Shown: piece by piece, positions 12,640-25,606 of the stretch
Layout: each line of letters starts with the position of its first letter
Position numbering within the stretch: the stretch's first letter is position 1
NCBI RefSeq assembly: GCF_001194135.2
Contig: NC_068987.1
Span: 108,877,155 to 108,941,154 of the forward strand
Length of the DNA stretch: 64,000 nt
Source: Octopus bimaculoides
Lineage: Eukaryota
Direction: 5' to 3'
Program-made: the position numbers and the translations under genes
The notes under the pieces: generated by a model
Told to the model about the DNA's origin: nothing
The model's input: only the letters and a program-made list of their open reading frames with translations
Database searches by the model: none

Positions 12640-12854
12640 TGGGTGCTGAAAAGTATCTGACTTTAAGGGTATCTTAAAAGGCCCGGTTGGAGCTCCAACC
12701 TTCCGAGTTCTTTTACAGGGCTTAGAAAAACCAAAGCACCGCTGCAATTGGAGTTTGAATTTGAGAGGGGAATGTGTTAAATAAAATCATAATTAACTTA
12801 TCCTCCGGTATTTTCTTTAACCCAAAGCCAAGATCTTTTCAAAACCTCCTCGTC
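12639..12854. mobile_element. Tc1/mariner-like MITE (copy 2, identical to copy 1)
   Basis: Reads identical to 11351-11564 by eye. Confidence 0.65.
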
Positions 12855-13959
12855 AAGACAGACAGACGGACAGACAAATAATCAGGCAGGCAGATAGATA
12901 GATAGATAGATATTTCGTTTAGGCATTGTAATACTAATAATCTAGTGAGGAACTAAATGTGCGTGCGCTTCTGAACGATGCGTTCGTCGGGTACAGAGCG
13001 GCAATAAAGAAAGATATGACAAAGGAATAAACAATTGTTTCATGAACTTCATTACCTTGCAGCTGTTACACGTTAAGCTGGACATATAGATTATCTTTTA
13101 GTACTAATACTGTTTCCGACCCTAATAACTGATTTTTTAATAAGTGTGTTTATTATTTGCGACCTCGGTGTCTAAAATGACACTAAAATTCTATATAGTC
13201 GACAACGTGATCTGACTCATATGCAGTCCACGTGCACATACTACTGAGGAAGTTCTCTACGCTGAACAAATGAGTCTCGTCTGATACGATATATGTCCGT
13301 GCTTTTATGCATCATTCGTCCATATGAGAAGACTTCTCAAGCTTATCACCACGGTATTAGGCCTTCTAGTATTACATCATGTTAGGTTGGATAAAAAGAT
13401 TGACTCCAGGGGCTCATACTGCTTTCATCGCTAATAATTATTTAGCCTAATATATAAATGAATATATTTATCTTATTTATTTATGTATTTATTTATTTAT
13501 TTATTTATATATTTATTTATTCGAGAGTGATGCTTTCCATACCTGTTTAAATACTTTCGGGAGATAAAACTGCAATTCATTTTTGAAGCTCCGACTAAGC
13601 TATAAGCTGATGCATAAACACTCAGCTATGAGTGCATCGCTACGTATAGCCGAAACAGCTATTACCTAATGAAGTTCATTTCATAATTTCTTGATGCCTT
13701 GTCAGTTGTATAATCAGTTATGAGTGTGTGCTTGTGTGTGTGCTTGTGTGTGTGTATGTGTGTGTATGCATGCGTGTGTGTGTATATGTACATACACACA
13801 CATATCTATATATATATAAGTATGTATGTATATAAGCATGCATGTATGTATATATGTTGGTAGGTAGGTAGGTAGGTAGGTAGGTAAGTAGGTAGGTAGG
13901 TAGGTTTATAATTCATATACAGAAACTGTTTTCTGAAGTTGATTCATTCACACATTCTC

Positions 13960-14224
<265 letters not shown>

Positions 14225-15462
14225 CACTGGAGTTGACACATAGATAGACAGACAGACAGACCGACAGACAGATACATACATACATACATACATACATAGA
14301 ATGCTTAGGTACAAGAAGTCCGCCCGTGGAATCAACCGTCGGAAGTCTATAATAGATGTCGCTTTTAAGTGTAATAGCTTCTCCGTCCGTTAATTCTGTT
14401 TTTCTCACAGACACCAAGTCATTACGAAAGTTCTACTGGTTAGACTTCAAAAACAACATAATAAACCTCACCATCATCATCATCATCACCATACTCTTAT
14501 TTTATTAATATTATTTTTATTTACTATAATTTTTCTTTGGTGATTGTCTAGATTGTGGGTTTTGTAGGTTGCGATATATTATTGGATAGCAATTATTATT
14601 TTTAAGAAACCATTATTATTACAAGAATTCACTATTATAACAAAAATCAGAATTTTTATTATTACAATTATTGTTATTAAGAAAACATTATTATATGAAA
14701 TATCTATTATTAGTTTCTCGCGGATATTGTTACTATCATTGTTGATGTCGTTGTTATTATTTTTATTTTATACAAAAGTTATTATTTTCCTCATACTTTC
14801 ACTAGATCTAAACGAGATTCTTCTATGTCAGTAGGTGCATCTCGCTGTTCTTGATGTTTGTGTCTTTTGCGTATCTAGACTTGTTTGTTTGTATACTTCG
14901 TCTGTGTTGCCTTGTTGCGAGGGATTGGTTTGTGGTAGCTGGTTTTTGTTTTAGTATTTTCGTCTGTGGTATCTTAATACATAGAGTATAAGGTGTGTGA
15001 CTTAGCTTTATGGAGTGTGTGTTTCGTACATACTTTGGGATCGATTGTTATGTGTTTTAGTATCGGACGGTTATTGTAAAGCGTATGTAAATGTGTAGTT
15101 TGTGTAATATTAATGTATAGGAAGTGTCTAGGATGTGAGCTATATAAGTTATCGTTGTTACAGTGTCCGGTATCGATTATGTAAGACTAAGTGTTATTTT
15201 TTATTGGTTATTGATTGTGTCGTGCTTGTGTGTGTTTTATGTTGCTTTGCTTCCTAGTAATTCCGTAGAGTATGTGTTTTGCTAATTGCAATATTTTATT
15301 GGGCATTTATTGTATAGGGTATTTATCGTGTACTGAGAGTGTACCCTTTGTGTTGTATTATAGTACGGTGAATTACATAAGATGTGAGCTAAGTCTATCA
15401 AGGTTACTTTATGGACTGTGTTTAACGATGTGAGATTCGGTTTGGTTTGTATATTTTATCAT

Positions 15463-15608
15463 TTATCTTTTACTTGTATCAGTCATTGAGCTGCAGCTAT
15501 GCAGGGGCAATGCCTTGAAGGGTTTCAATCAAAAAGGCCTGGTGCTTATTCTATCAGCATCATTTATGCCAAATTGCAAACTCATGGGGACTTAAACAAA
15601 CAGCGTTG
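15463..15608 (-). mobile_element. SINE family A, old 3' half
   Basis: TTTTACTTGTATCAGTCATTGAGCTGCAGCTATGC matches the reverse complement of the A tail. Confidence 0.7.
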
Positions 15609-15793
15609 TGTTTTAAAATTCTTTTGCTGATTTTTCTTTGTCTTATCTAAATCCCTTATTTAAATGTACTTACATTTCAATTTATATTTTATCGTTTCAT
15701 TGTATAAATAGAGAAAAAGGGTTTTTAATTTCTTCATATTTTTTTAACAGCACTAATCAGTTTCCTTTCGTTTACTTCTATTGTGTAACACTA

Positions 15794-16167
15794 CTCTTTT
15801 ACTCGTTTCAGTCATTTGAGTGCGGCCATGCTGGATCACCGCCTTTAGTCGAGCAAATCGACCCCAGGACTTATTCTTTGTAAGCCTAGTACTTATTCTA
15901 TCGGTCTCTTTTGCCGAACCGCTAAGTTACGGGGACGTAAACACACCAGCATCGGTTGTCAAGCGATGTTGAGGGGATAAACTCAGACACAAAAACACAC
16001 ACATATATACACATATATACGACGGGCTTCTTTCAGTTTCCGTCTACGCACAAGGCTTTGGTCGGCTATAGTAGAAGACACTTGCCCAAGGTGCCACACA
16101 GTGGGCCTGAACCCGGAACCATGTGGCTGGTAAGCAAGCTACTTACCACACAGCCACTCCTGCGCCT
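15794..16167 (-). mobile_element. SINE family A, full length
   Basis: Minus strand: GGCGCAGGAGTGGCTGTGTGG (A box), GGGTTCAGGCCC (B-box-like), internal TA/TG linker, tail ending CATGGCCGCACTCAAATGACTGAAAC. Confidence 0.93.
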
Positions 16168-16189
16168 ATTAGCCACTACTGCTTTTATT

Positions 16190-17085
16190 TTTAACTAGGT
16201 TTCCATTTGTATCAGTACCCAGCCATCTTTCTGTGCATATATTAATAATATATCAACTGTCGGGTCATTCGAACACATGTTTCCTAGTGTGAGATAGGGG
16301 TTCTGTCAAGCCTTTCGATTCTCTTGATACATAGTTTACTTCATTTTTGTATTTGGTTGGCAAGATACTTGATACAAATCTCAGTGTATATTCTTACACC
16401 AATAATAATAATAACACACGCACTGGTTCAATACTACTTCTATATTGTTTGTCAAATGTTAAATATCTAACCAACGAATTAATCATAAACATCTAAGCAA
16501 CGAACAATATGTTTAATGTGCTGATTAAACAATAAATCGGTTTTTAATCACTCTCCCAAGACAAAACAATTCGTTTATTATTTTGAAACGAGAATATACA
16601 TGTGATGGCTAATGCATTTATACATACTGTCTTATTCCTGATATTCAATCCAATTCTAAATATACGATTCCCTTCTTTTAATATTTTCTAATTTTCCCCT
16701 TCATTTCCTTATGATGTATTTTGTCAAAGTCATGCACGTCTAGCTATTTGTATGAGTCTAATTCTCTTATTTTGGTTTTTATGCCTAAATCGCCAGCATT
16801 AGATTGCTTCTCATAGAAGTGTTAACTTATTCTATACGCGTTTTTATGTGCACTAAATATATATATTTTATGTCGGCTGAATTTATGAACAATTTTCACT
16901 GAGTTTTCCAGCAAGGTTATTAACACTTTTTCATTCATTAAGTCATCCATATAATGTAAGATGGTTTTATTTCTTTTTGCTGTATCTTTAGTCCCTTGTC
17001 ATTCAATAGATTTATTAATGGTGTTAGAGTGAGACAAGAGTTGAGAGGATGATGATCCTCCCTGTAATGGATATAAGGCGGGCTT
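16190..17085 (-). pseudogene. Decayed R4/Dong-type non-LTR retrotransposon reverse transcriptase
   Basis: Hand translation with frameshifts gives LQGGSSS (QGDSLSP-like), TILHYMDDL (16939-16953 = YMDDL), ELDSYK*LDV..IHHKEMKGKIRK, LNIRNKTVCINALAI and VDILLIYAQKDG, in the expected RT/thumb order. Confidence 0.8.
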
Positions 17086-17142
17086 AAACTATCTTTGCCT
17101 CCTTGGTAACGTGGTTGTTGTTTCTCTTTGCATTGTAATGAA

Positions 17143-17198
<56 letters not shown>

Positions 17199-17222
17199 CG
17201 TTGTTGTTGTTGTTGTTGTTGT

Positions 17223-17500
17223 TTACTTTTAATCTGCATGTTTGTTACAGTCACTTGCCAAGACACACCCAATGTTCTGGGGCGTGTGGAGGATAAGGGA
17301 TGTAATAGTATGACTGGGGAGGGGAAGTAGCGAAATATCTTCATGCAATACAACACAGACATTTAAATGGAAAATTTTTATCTAATGATGTGGGCAGTAC
17401 TTGTCAGTACAACCTTTTCGATTTCTCTGAGATATGGTTCTCCTGGGATCTTATCTAGATGCTTCTGACATTCCTTTTTTATTACATTTCTATTGTTTTA
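17223..17500 (-). mobile_element. R4/Dong-type retrotransposon 3' end (copy gamma)
   Basis: 17378-17482 encodes IKKECQKHLDKIPGEPYLREIEKVVLTSTAHIIR*; the 3' UTR runs into (AAC)n(AAT)n. Confidence 0.78.
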
Positions 17501-17517
17501 TTTTTTGGGGTTTTTTT

Positions 17518-17646
17518 GTTATTATTATTTAAGTCATCACATAATATGAAATATCGTGATGTTGTTGATTCAAGATATTATGTCTACCGGAGGTTTGTAT
17601 TGTCTGTCAAATCACAAGGACCTCAGACAGACAGTACTTTACGCAT
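17518..17646 (-). mobile_element. Very short R4/Dong-type 3' end (copy beta)
   Basis: Last codons MRKVLSV* (stop 17623-17625) resemble the ILRKVL terminus; followed by about 95 nt of UTR and a short AAT tail. Confidence 0.5.
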
Positions 17647-17653
17647 ATTATTA

Positions 17654-17694
<41 letters not shown>

Positions 17695-18045
17695 TCCATG
17701 TACACACAACAGATTAGACTGTTGGAAAAGAAAAACAAATCCAAACATCGGGCTACAACAAGTAATCTTAGATCCCAAAAACCTTCCTAAGTATCCTAGC
17801 TGTCCCTTATAACACTGTTTTCTGAAGTTGTACCAAACTGGGTTTTACACCCATTTCCTCTATCGATCCATTCAGATCTTTAATGCACCTATAACTACTG
17901 GGATACATTTTACCCGCACTTCCCATAGTCTCTGTAATTCAATGGTCCTGGTACTTTGTTATTTTTTTTATACCTCTCATATTGATTTTTACATCTTTTT
18001 GGAACTGTAAAGTCAATTATCTGGCACTCCCTGTTCGAATATTAG
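17695..18045 (-). mobile_element. R4/Dong-type retrotransposon 3' end with restriction-like endonuclease remnant (copy alpha)
   Basis: RECQIIDFTVPKD..KITKYQD..LQRLWEVRVKCIPVVIGAL..VQLQKTVL*GTARILRKVFGI* with frameshifts; the UTR ends in (AAT)n at 17647-17693. Confidence 0.88.
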
Positions 18046-18061
18046 AGTCTCAAAATATCTT

Positions 18062-18210
18062 TTATTTCTTCTTCTTCTTCTTCTTCTTCTTCTTCTTCTT
18101 CTTCTTCTTCTTCTTCTTCTTCTTCTTCTTCTTCTTCTTCTTCTTCTTCTTCTTCTTCTTCTTCTTCTTCTTCTCATTATTATTATTATAATTATTATTA
18201 TTATTATTAC

Positions 18211-18275
<65 letters not shown>
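18062..18275. repeat. (CTT)n then (ATT)n microsatellite
   Basis: Direct reading. Confidence 0.96.
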
Positions 18276-18276
<1 letters not shown>

Positions 18277-18429
18277 GTCCAGAAGATATAGAAGCAAAAA
18301 AAAGAAGAGTGCCATTGTCATCAAATGAACGATATTTTGAAATCTCGTGTATCTTCCACAAGTTCAAAAAATAATGGATTGACACGTTTATGTTTTGCTA
18401 TTATTATTATCATTATCATTACTATTATT

Positions 18430-18488
<59 letters not shown>

Positions 18489-18561
18489 CATTATTATTAT
18501 TATCACTCCTAATGCTACTACTACTACATAATCATTAGAAACAATGTTTTGCAGGTGGTGG

Positions 18562-18727
18562 GGGCTCTTTATGTTATGAGTTTAAATCCCACAGTGATCA
18601 ACATTGCTTTTCTTCGTCTTCGGGTCGATAAAAGAAAGTATATACCAGCCAAGTAACAGACTCGGTTTAATCTATAAACCCCCTTTTTCAGAAATTTCAG
18701 ATCTTGTGCCTTAATCAGAAACAATTT
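18562..18727 (+). mobile_element. SINE family B, heavily decayed
   Basis: GAGTTTAAATCC, CTTCGGGTCGATAAAA and TCTTGTGCC blocks in family order. Confidence 0.6.
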
Positions 18728-18789
18728 TTAGACATTGAGCTTATAGACAATCAAGCTAGCTAATCTCTAAGAACCCTTTCGGTTATGAA

Positions 18790-19040
18790 TGACCATGTGA
18801 TTGCACCTAGAAAGTTACCCTCCCAGACACAAGTCCGAGCAAGGTTGTTTATACGTAACCAACAGTCGCCCATGCATACCTGCCCTGCTTCTCTCCACGC
18901 CATTCATGTTATCCAAGGGAAAAGTAATAGCCGATACAGCATGACACCACTGATGCTGCAAATAATTTCTACGGTTTAGTTAACTGGAGCAACGTAAAAT
19001 AAAGTGTCTTGCTCAAGAATTCATGATCAAGAACACAACA
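18790..19040 (-). mobile_element. SINE family C, third tail type, lacking head
   Basis: AACTGGAGCAACGTAAAATAAAGTGTCTTGCTCAAG is the reverse complement of the C central block; the adjoining tail differs from the other C copies. Confidence 0.65.
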
Positions 19041-20030
19041 AAGCTAGACAATAGCCGGATCGATTTCAACAGTCATAGAAATGTGTGAAAACAATACTGG
19101 GAACTGTTCTTTTTGTCCTCTTTATTTAATGAATTAGATTCAGAACAGAAAAAAACTGCGCTGACAACCTTCGTAGGCCCTCCGAGACTTGTCAGATCGA
19201 TGAGTAACACACAAGAAACATGACTCGAGTTGATATCTTTAATTTTCTTATATTGTTTGCTTTGAGGTCAGGCAGGTTAAGTTGTATGCGACCACAAAAT
19301 GTTGTTACCGTCAAAATGGCGGAATGTTTCAGTAACCAATAGGTGGTGCAAGTTTACACAGTAACTGCCATCAGGCAAACAATAAACATACTTTCAAGAC
19401 ACACTTCTAGACTACTATTTACATATACTCCACGTACACATACGCTTGTTTTATTTTGTTACTGGTTTCTTTTCTTTCTTATCGCTTACACACAAACACA
19501 AACCCCACCACAAGTTTGTATACAGACATATGTATGGAGTGTATGCGTTTCACTTGTATGTATATTCAGAATACATACGTATATATACAGAGACACATAT
19601 ATCTGTGTGTGTGCGTGAGGGAGAGAGAAAGAGAGAGAGAGAGTGGGTGACAGAGAGAGAGAAAGAAAGAGGCAGGACGTAGGGCTTAAAATCATCCACT
19701 CATTTCTTTCTTTCAGCAGGTGTGCCGGCATTGAGAATGATCAGCTGACATACTTGAAAAGTTGCTTATCTCAAGACTAACGCCACGATTTTGTTTTCCT
19801 TCTCCCAGTGACTAGAGCGGAATTTGAACTTCACGCACGGAGGGAACTGAAAGAAACTCTATAAGGCATTATACTGAAGGCCGTAATAACTGCCATTTCG
19901 GCATCAAATATACGTAATATATGTTCGCATGAATACACACACGCGCACACACACATGCACACATATTTTTATATATACATGCATACATACGTACGTACAT
20001 ACATACACACACAAACACGCATATATACAT

Positions 20031-20186
20031 GAGTTGTGTGGTAAAAAGCTTGCTTCTCAACCACATGATTCCAGGTTCAGTCTCACTGCGTGGCATCTTG
20101 GATAAGTGTCTCCTACAATAGCACCGGGCTGACCAAAGCCTTGTGAGTGGATTTGGTAGACGGAAACTGAAAGAAATTAGTCGTGT
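20031..20186 (+). mobile_element. SINE family A, 5' half
   Basis: AACCACATGATTCCAGGTTCAGTCTCACTGCGTGGC..GGATTTGGTAGACGGAAACTGAAAGAA. Confidence 0.9.
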
Positions 20187-20784
20187 ATATATAGATATAT
20201 ATATATATATATATATATATANNNNNNNNNNNNNNNNNNNNNNNNNNNNNNNNNNNNNNNNNNNNNNNNNNNNNNNNNNNNNNNNNNNNNNNNNNNNNNN
20301 NNNNNNNNNNNNNNNNNNNNNNNNNNNNNNNNNNNNNNNNNNNNNNNNNNNNNNNNNNNNNNNNNNNNNNNNNNNNNNNNNNNNNNNNNNNNNNNNNNNN
20401 NNNNNNNNNNNNNNNNNNNNNNNNNNNNNNNNNNNNNNNNNNNNNNNNNNNNNNNNNNNNNNNNNNNNNNNNNNNNNNNNNNNNNNNNNNNNNNNNNNNN
20501 NNNNNNNNNNNNNNNNNNNNNNNNNNNNNNNNNNNNNNNNNNNNNNNNNNNNNNNNNNNNNNNNNNNNNNNNNNNNNNNNNNNNNNNNNNNNNNNNNNNN
20601 NNNNNNNNNNNNNNNNNNNNNNNNNNNNNNNNNNNNNNNNNNNNNNNNNNNNNNNNNNNNNNNNNNNNNNNNNNNNNNNNNNNNNNNNNNNNNNNNNNNN
20701 NNNNNNNNNNNNNNNNNNNNNNNNNNNNNNNNNNNNNNNNNNNNNNNNNNNNNNATATATATATATATATATATATATATATAC

Positions 20785-20915
20785 TATTGCAGCGTGGAAG
20801 GTGTTTATAAGCCATTTAAGAAACACACAAAACCGTTAGATTCACTTCAACATTTAAATTTAATTTGTCAAAATATTTTCGTCGCTTTGAGACCGCGACC
20901 TGTTCGCTGACATTT
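20785..20915 (-). mobile_element. Family E non-autonomous repeat carrying a hammerhead-like motif
   Basis: Shared with 1706-1800; the minus strand folds into hammerhead geometry. Confidence 0.7.
20866..20912 (-). ncRNA. Putative minimal type I hammerhead ribozyme with variant core (G3-C4-G-A-A-C8-A)
   Basis: UGUCA | GCGAACA G | GUCGC GGUCUCAAA GCGAC | GAAA AUAU U U | UGACA: perfect 5-bp stems I and II, GAAA, palindromic mini stem III; core deviates from CUGANGA. Confidence 0.5.
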
Positions 20916-21054
20916 ATGTAACATCCAATGCCGAAGATACTTGCTCTTCAGGAATTTCCTATATAGAGATTATTACTAATCTGTCGTATCATTGTCCCAG
21001 GCGGTAAGTCATAGTTTTCTCAGCCCTTGCCAGTAGTTCATCAATGTTACAGTT

Positions 21055-21290
21055 CTTTTAATGTAGTAAGGGAGATCGGCCTATAGTTTACAGCCGTTAC
21101 TTTGCTCCCGCCTTTCTGGATAGGGCATATAATGCCTTCCTTTAGCTTTTTAGAATATTGACCCTTGAAACGAAACTCTTAGAAATTATCTGAAGTGGTT
21201 TCTCTAACACCTGCTTTCATGACTTCAGGTGAATAACTGAGAAGCCATCAGCACCAGTTGATAAATTTAAACAGATATTGTCTATGGCCG
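21055..21290 (-). pseudogene. Decayed CR1/L2-group LINE fragment (RT N-terminal region)
   Basis: AIDNICLNLSTGADGF..KLKEGIICPIQKGGSKVTAVNYRPISLTT; NYRPISLTT at 21062-21088. Confidence 0.85.
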
Positions 21291-21455
21291 CCGTTACATT
21301 TGCTTCATCAATATCTATTATGTATATGTGTGTGTATATGTGTGTGTATACACATATGCATACGCATACATACTTATACATATTCATACATAACATACAG
21401 GCACATACTTATAGATAGGTATAGGTATATGTATATGCATAAATAAATATACATA

Positions 21456-21489
<34 letters not shown>

Positions 21490-21760
21490 TAAGATATATG
21501 TATGTACGTGTTTACTCAAGTCTTATACATATATTTGTAAATGTGTTTCTGTTTGTCTTCACCGGTTTGCCATCTATATACATATGTTTCTCCAAATATA
21601 AACAAATGGAATTGAGACATTTATCATAGTAGGTGTAAGTGCGCGTGGGTTTGTGTGATTTTTTCTGCGAATGCAAACACCCACACACACACACACACAC
21701 ACACACGCGCGCATGCACATATGTGTGTGTGTGTGTGTGTATATATATATNNNNNNNNNN

Positions 21761-21796
<36 letters not shown>

Positions 21797-22817
21797 TATA
21801 CATATATATATATTTATTTATCTTTTTATTTATACATATACATATATATACGAACGCACACTCATCTTTTCTATCTTTTACATGTATAGATTGATAGATA
21901 GATACATACATACATACATGCACACATACACACATACATATATACATGTCTATCTATCTATACATATATATGTATATAGTATTCTTAAACAAGATTATTT
22001 GACAGAATATTTGACAGTGATTTCGAAGGTTCTGCCAGTTAAACCATCTTCGGACTACCAACTTATACATGAATGCGTGTGTGTCTGCGCGCGCGCGTGC
22101 GTGTTGAAGAAGAAAGAAAGAAATATAGCTTGCGTCCACGAAAACCGTAGTGGCTAGGGAGTATTGTGGTTCTTTAGGCTATATTAGTGAAATGGATTTT
22201 GCTCACACTCATAGGATCGAAACCGTATCCTCATAAGTGGAAAGGGACTTTTTTAGCCATATAGTCAAATCTACCTAACTCATAGTCACCGAAAAAAACT
22301 GAAGCGACTTCGGTAGGATTTGAACACAACGAGAGAAAATTCAGTTCGTGATTATGTTATGTCTGATCCTCTACCGCTTGTACCACCCACTTCTTTTATC
22401 TCACTAGCATTAAGATAAAACTGACATATGTGATTGACCTCGGAGGTTAGAGGTCAGAGTTTGAGGGTAAGAAGAGGAAAAGTGGAGTACTTCAGAATTA
22501 AAATATCGGAGGCTGGGTGTTGGGTGTTCGAGGAGAGATGGGCTTGTTTATGGGGAAACAAATTACAATTTTCATATACATCCGCCTCACCTCATCACAC
22601 AATATCCGGTGTTTGAGATGACGGTAGGAGGCTGGTACTGTAGGAATGTTTTGCCTACGATTGTGTTGATGATAACAGTGACTGGTGATGATGGTTATGA
22701 TCGTGGTATGGGTGGTAGTGGAAGTGTTGGTTGTTGTGGTGGCGCTGTGGTGGTGCTGTGGTGGTGTAGTTAGGAGTTTCATTGAGTTCATTATGTCAGT
22801 GTTATAATTGCAATATT

Positions 22818-23010
22818 GATTTCATATTTTGGCACAAGACCAACAAGTTCGGAGGAGTGGGTAAGTCGATTAGTTCGACCCCAGTGCATAACTGGTACTT
22901 ATTTTCGCAACCCGGAAAGGAGGAAAACCAAAGTCGACCTCAGCTGAATTTGAACTCAGAACGTATAGACGAACGAAATGCCGATAAGCATTTAGCCCAC
23001 CGTCTTTGCC
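22818..23010 (-). mobile_element. SINE family B (tail B3)
   Basis: AAAGTCGACCTCAGCTGAATTTGAACTCAGAACG block. Confidence 0.85.
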
Positions 23011-23024
23011 ATGATTGTGATATT

Positions 23025-23240
23025 CTTTTCTATTCAAGGCACAAGGCTCGAAATGTTGGTGGTGGTGGTGGGAGTCGATTAGAACGACCCTAGTGCGCAA
23101 TTGGTACTTAATTTATCGACTCCAAAAGGATAAAAAGCAAAGTCGACGTCGGCGGAATTTGAACTCAGAACGTATCGACGAACGAAATGCCGCTAAGCAT
23201 TGTACCCAGCGTGCTAACAAGTCTGCCGCCTCGCCGCCTT
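23025..23240 (-). mobile_element. SINE family B (tail B2)
   Basis: Full head to tail, in tandem with the previous copy. Confidence 0.88.
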
Positions 23241-23469
23241 TGCTATGTTTGTGATATTGATGAAGATAGTAATGTTCTTGGCGCTGAAGGTGATAGCCAT
23301 GTTGCTGCTGTAGTGCCCGCCATTGTGGTGGTGGTCATGGCGTTGGTGATGGTGATAGTCCTGGTGGTGATGAAGGCGATGACGATAGTCGTGTTCAAAG
23401 TGATGGGGATTATGTGCATGCATGCACATATATTTGTATGCGCATGCGTTTCTATGTGCATGTATGAGT

Positions 23470-23645
23470 ATGGGTGGTTAGCACGTAGGGGGAAAATGCT
23501 TAGAGACATTTCGTTCTGCACATTTAGAGTTCTAATTCCGCCAAGGTTGACTTAGCTGTGAATCCTTTTGGGGTCGATAAAATAAGTACTAGTTGAGCTC
23601 TGTGATCGAAAATGCTGGCATTGTGCCAAAATTTGAAACGAGTAT
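23470..23645 (+). mobile_element. SINE family B (tail B3), decayed
   Basis: AAATGCTTAG..GAGTTCTAATTCCGCC..GGGGTCGATAAAATAAGTAC..TGTGCCAAAATTTGAAAC. Confidence 0.8.
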
Positions 23646-23704
23646 TAATATGTATATGTGTGTGTGTCTTCGTGTGTGTGTATGTATATATGTGTGTGTA
23701 TATA

Positions 23705-23738
<34 letters not shown>

Positions 23739-23771
23739 CCATACATACACCATACATATACATACACAAAC

Positions 23772-23805
<34 letters not shown>

Positions 23806-23858
23806 ATATATGTATGCATATATATATGTGTGTATATATTTATATATTTATATATATA

Positions 23859-23923
<65 letters not shown>

Positions 23924-24132
23924 GTATGTATGTATGTATGTATGTATGTATCGTAAAATGGGTGGCTTATTAGCAATTAGAACCAAGAGACATAATTAAC
24001 AGAGGTCACGAAATTAACAGAGGGCATTGACTAGCGCCGCTTTTGCTAAAAGTAAGAGTTAAAACACCTCAAGAATCACAAAAGCACTGTCTAGTCAGTA
24101 GCCTCTGTCACTTTTTTGACCCCTATTATATA

Positions 24133-24315
24133 TATAAATGCTTAGTGGTACTTCATCTGTCCTCACGTTCAGAGTTCAAATGCCGCCGAGGTCGACTTTG
24201 CCTTTCATCCTCTCGAATCGAATAAAGAAGTTCTATAATAACACTGGGGGTCGGTGGGAATGGACTTATCCACTCACCGGAAATTGCTAGTCTGTGCCAA
24301 AATTTGAAATCAATT
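24133..24315 (+). mobile_element. SINE family B (tail B3), decayed
   Basis: GAGTTCAAATGCCGCCGAGGTCGACTTTGCCTTTCATCC. Confidence 0.82.
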
Positions 24316-25132
24316 TTTAACAAATTATCCCCAGCGGATTTTCATTCAAAAGCAGAATTTTAATTACATTTTTGAAATTTTTCCCACCACTTCCCTCCCC
24401 ACTCCGATGTCCCCAAAATGATTCACAGAATGGTTGATAGTGCTGGAACTACATTCCAAACAGTGACATTTCTCTTCAGAGCCTGAAAATAATTCAGCCG
24501 CCAACAATCACTGATACTATATAAGGATCTGTGAGTATTTGAGCCCACATTTTCGACCGAACCTAGAAGAGGGTTTCTAACATCTTTTAATTATTGTTTT
24601 AATGGCTCTTGCTCAAGATGTCACGTAGCAGAATTGAAACCGGGTCCACACGATTTCGAATCGAACTTCTTAACTATTCGGTAATACTGCGCTTGACTCT
24701 ACATTTCTGTATATGTGCATGTAACGTATGCATGGATGCATGCATGTGTGCATGTATGTATGTCTGTATGTATGTATGTGTGTACGTATATGCGTATGTA
24801 CATATGTGTATATATGTATGTATGCTTCTATATGTGTGTATGGGTTTAAGTATGTAATCATGTAAACATATTTGTATCTGTGTATATGAGAGGGAGATAC
24901 AAAGACAGACAGACAGACACACACACGTACGCACGTACACACTCACATATACACACACGCACAGAAAGAGAGAGAGGAGATATCACAAATTAGCAGAGAA
25001 TAACAGCCGAAATGGATTGGAAATTTTCTTTCAACAGCTCTTCAGATAAAAGAACTTTCGTTTTCGTCTGTTATTCCTCTTTAACTCATATTTAAATAGC
25101 TATGCACACAGCTTATTACCACTATATGTATA

Positions 25133-25606
<474 letters not shown>

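Noticed and set aside
14300-14417. Protein-like stretch VSVRKTELTDGEAITLKSDIYYRLPTVDSTGGLLVPK on minus
   Set aside because: No recognisable homology and no convincing splice donor; runs straight into microsatellite.
19310-19345. AAAATGGCGG next to CCAAT as a promoter
   Set aside because: Isolated motifs with no GC-rich context or downstream exon.
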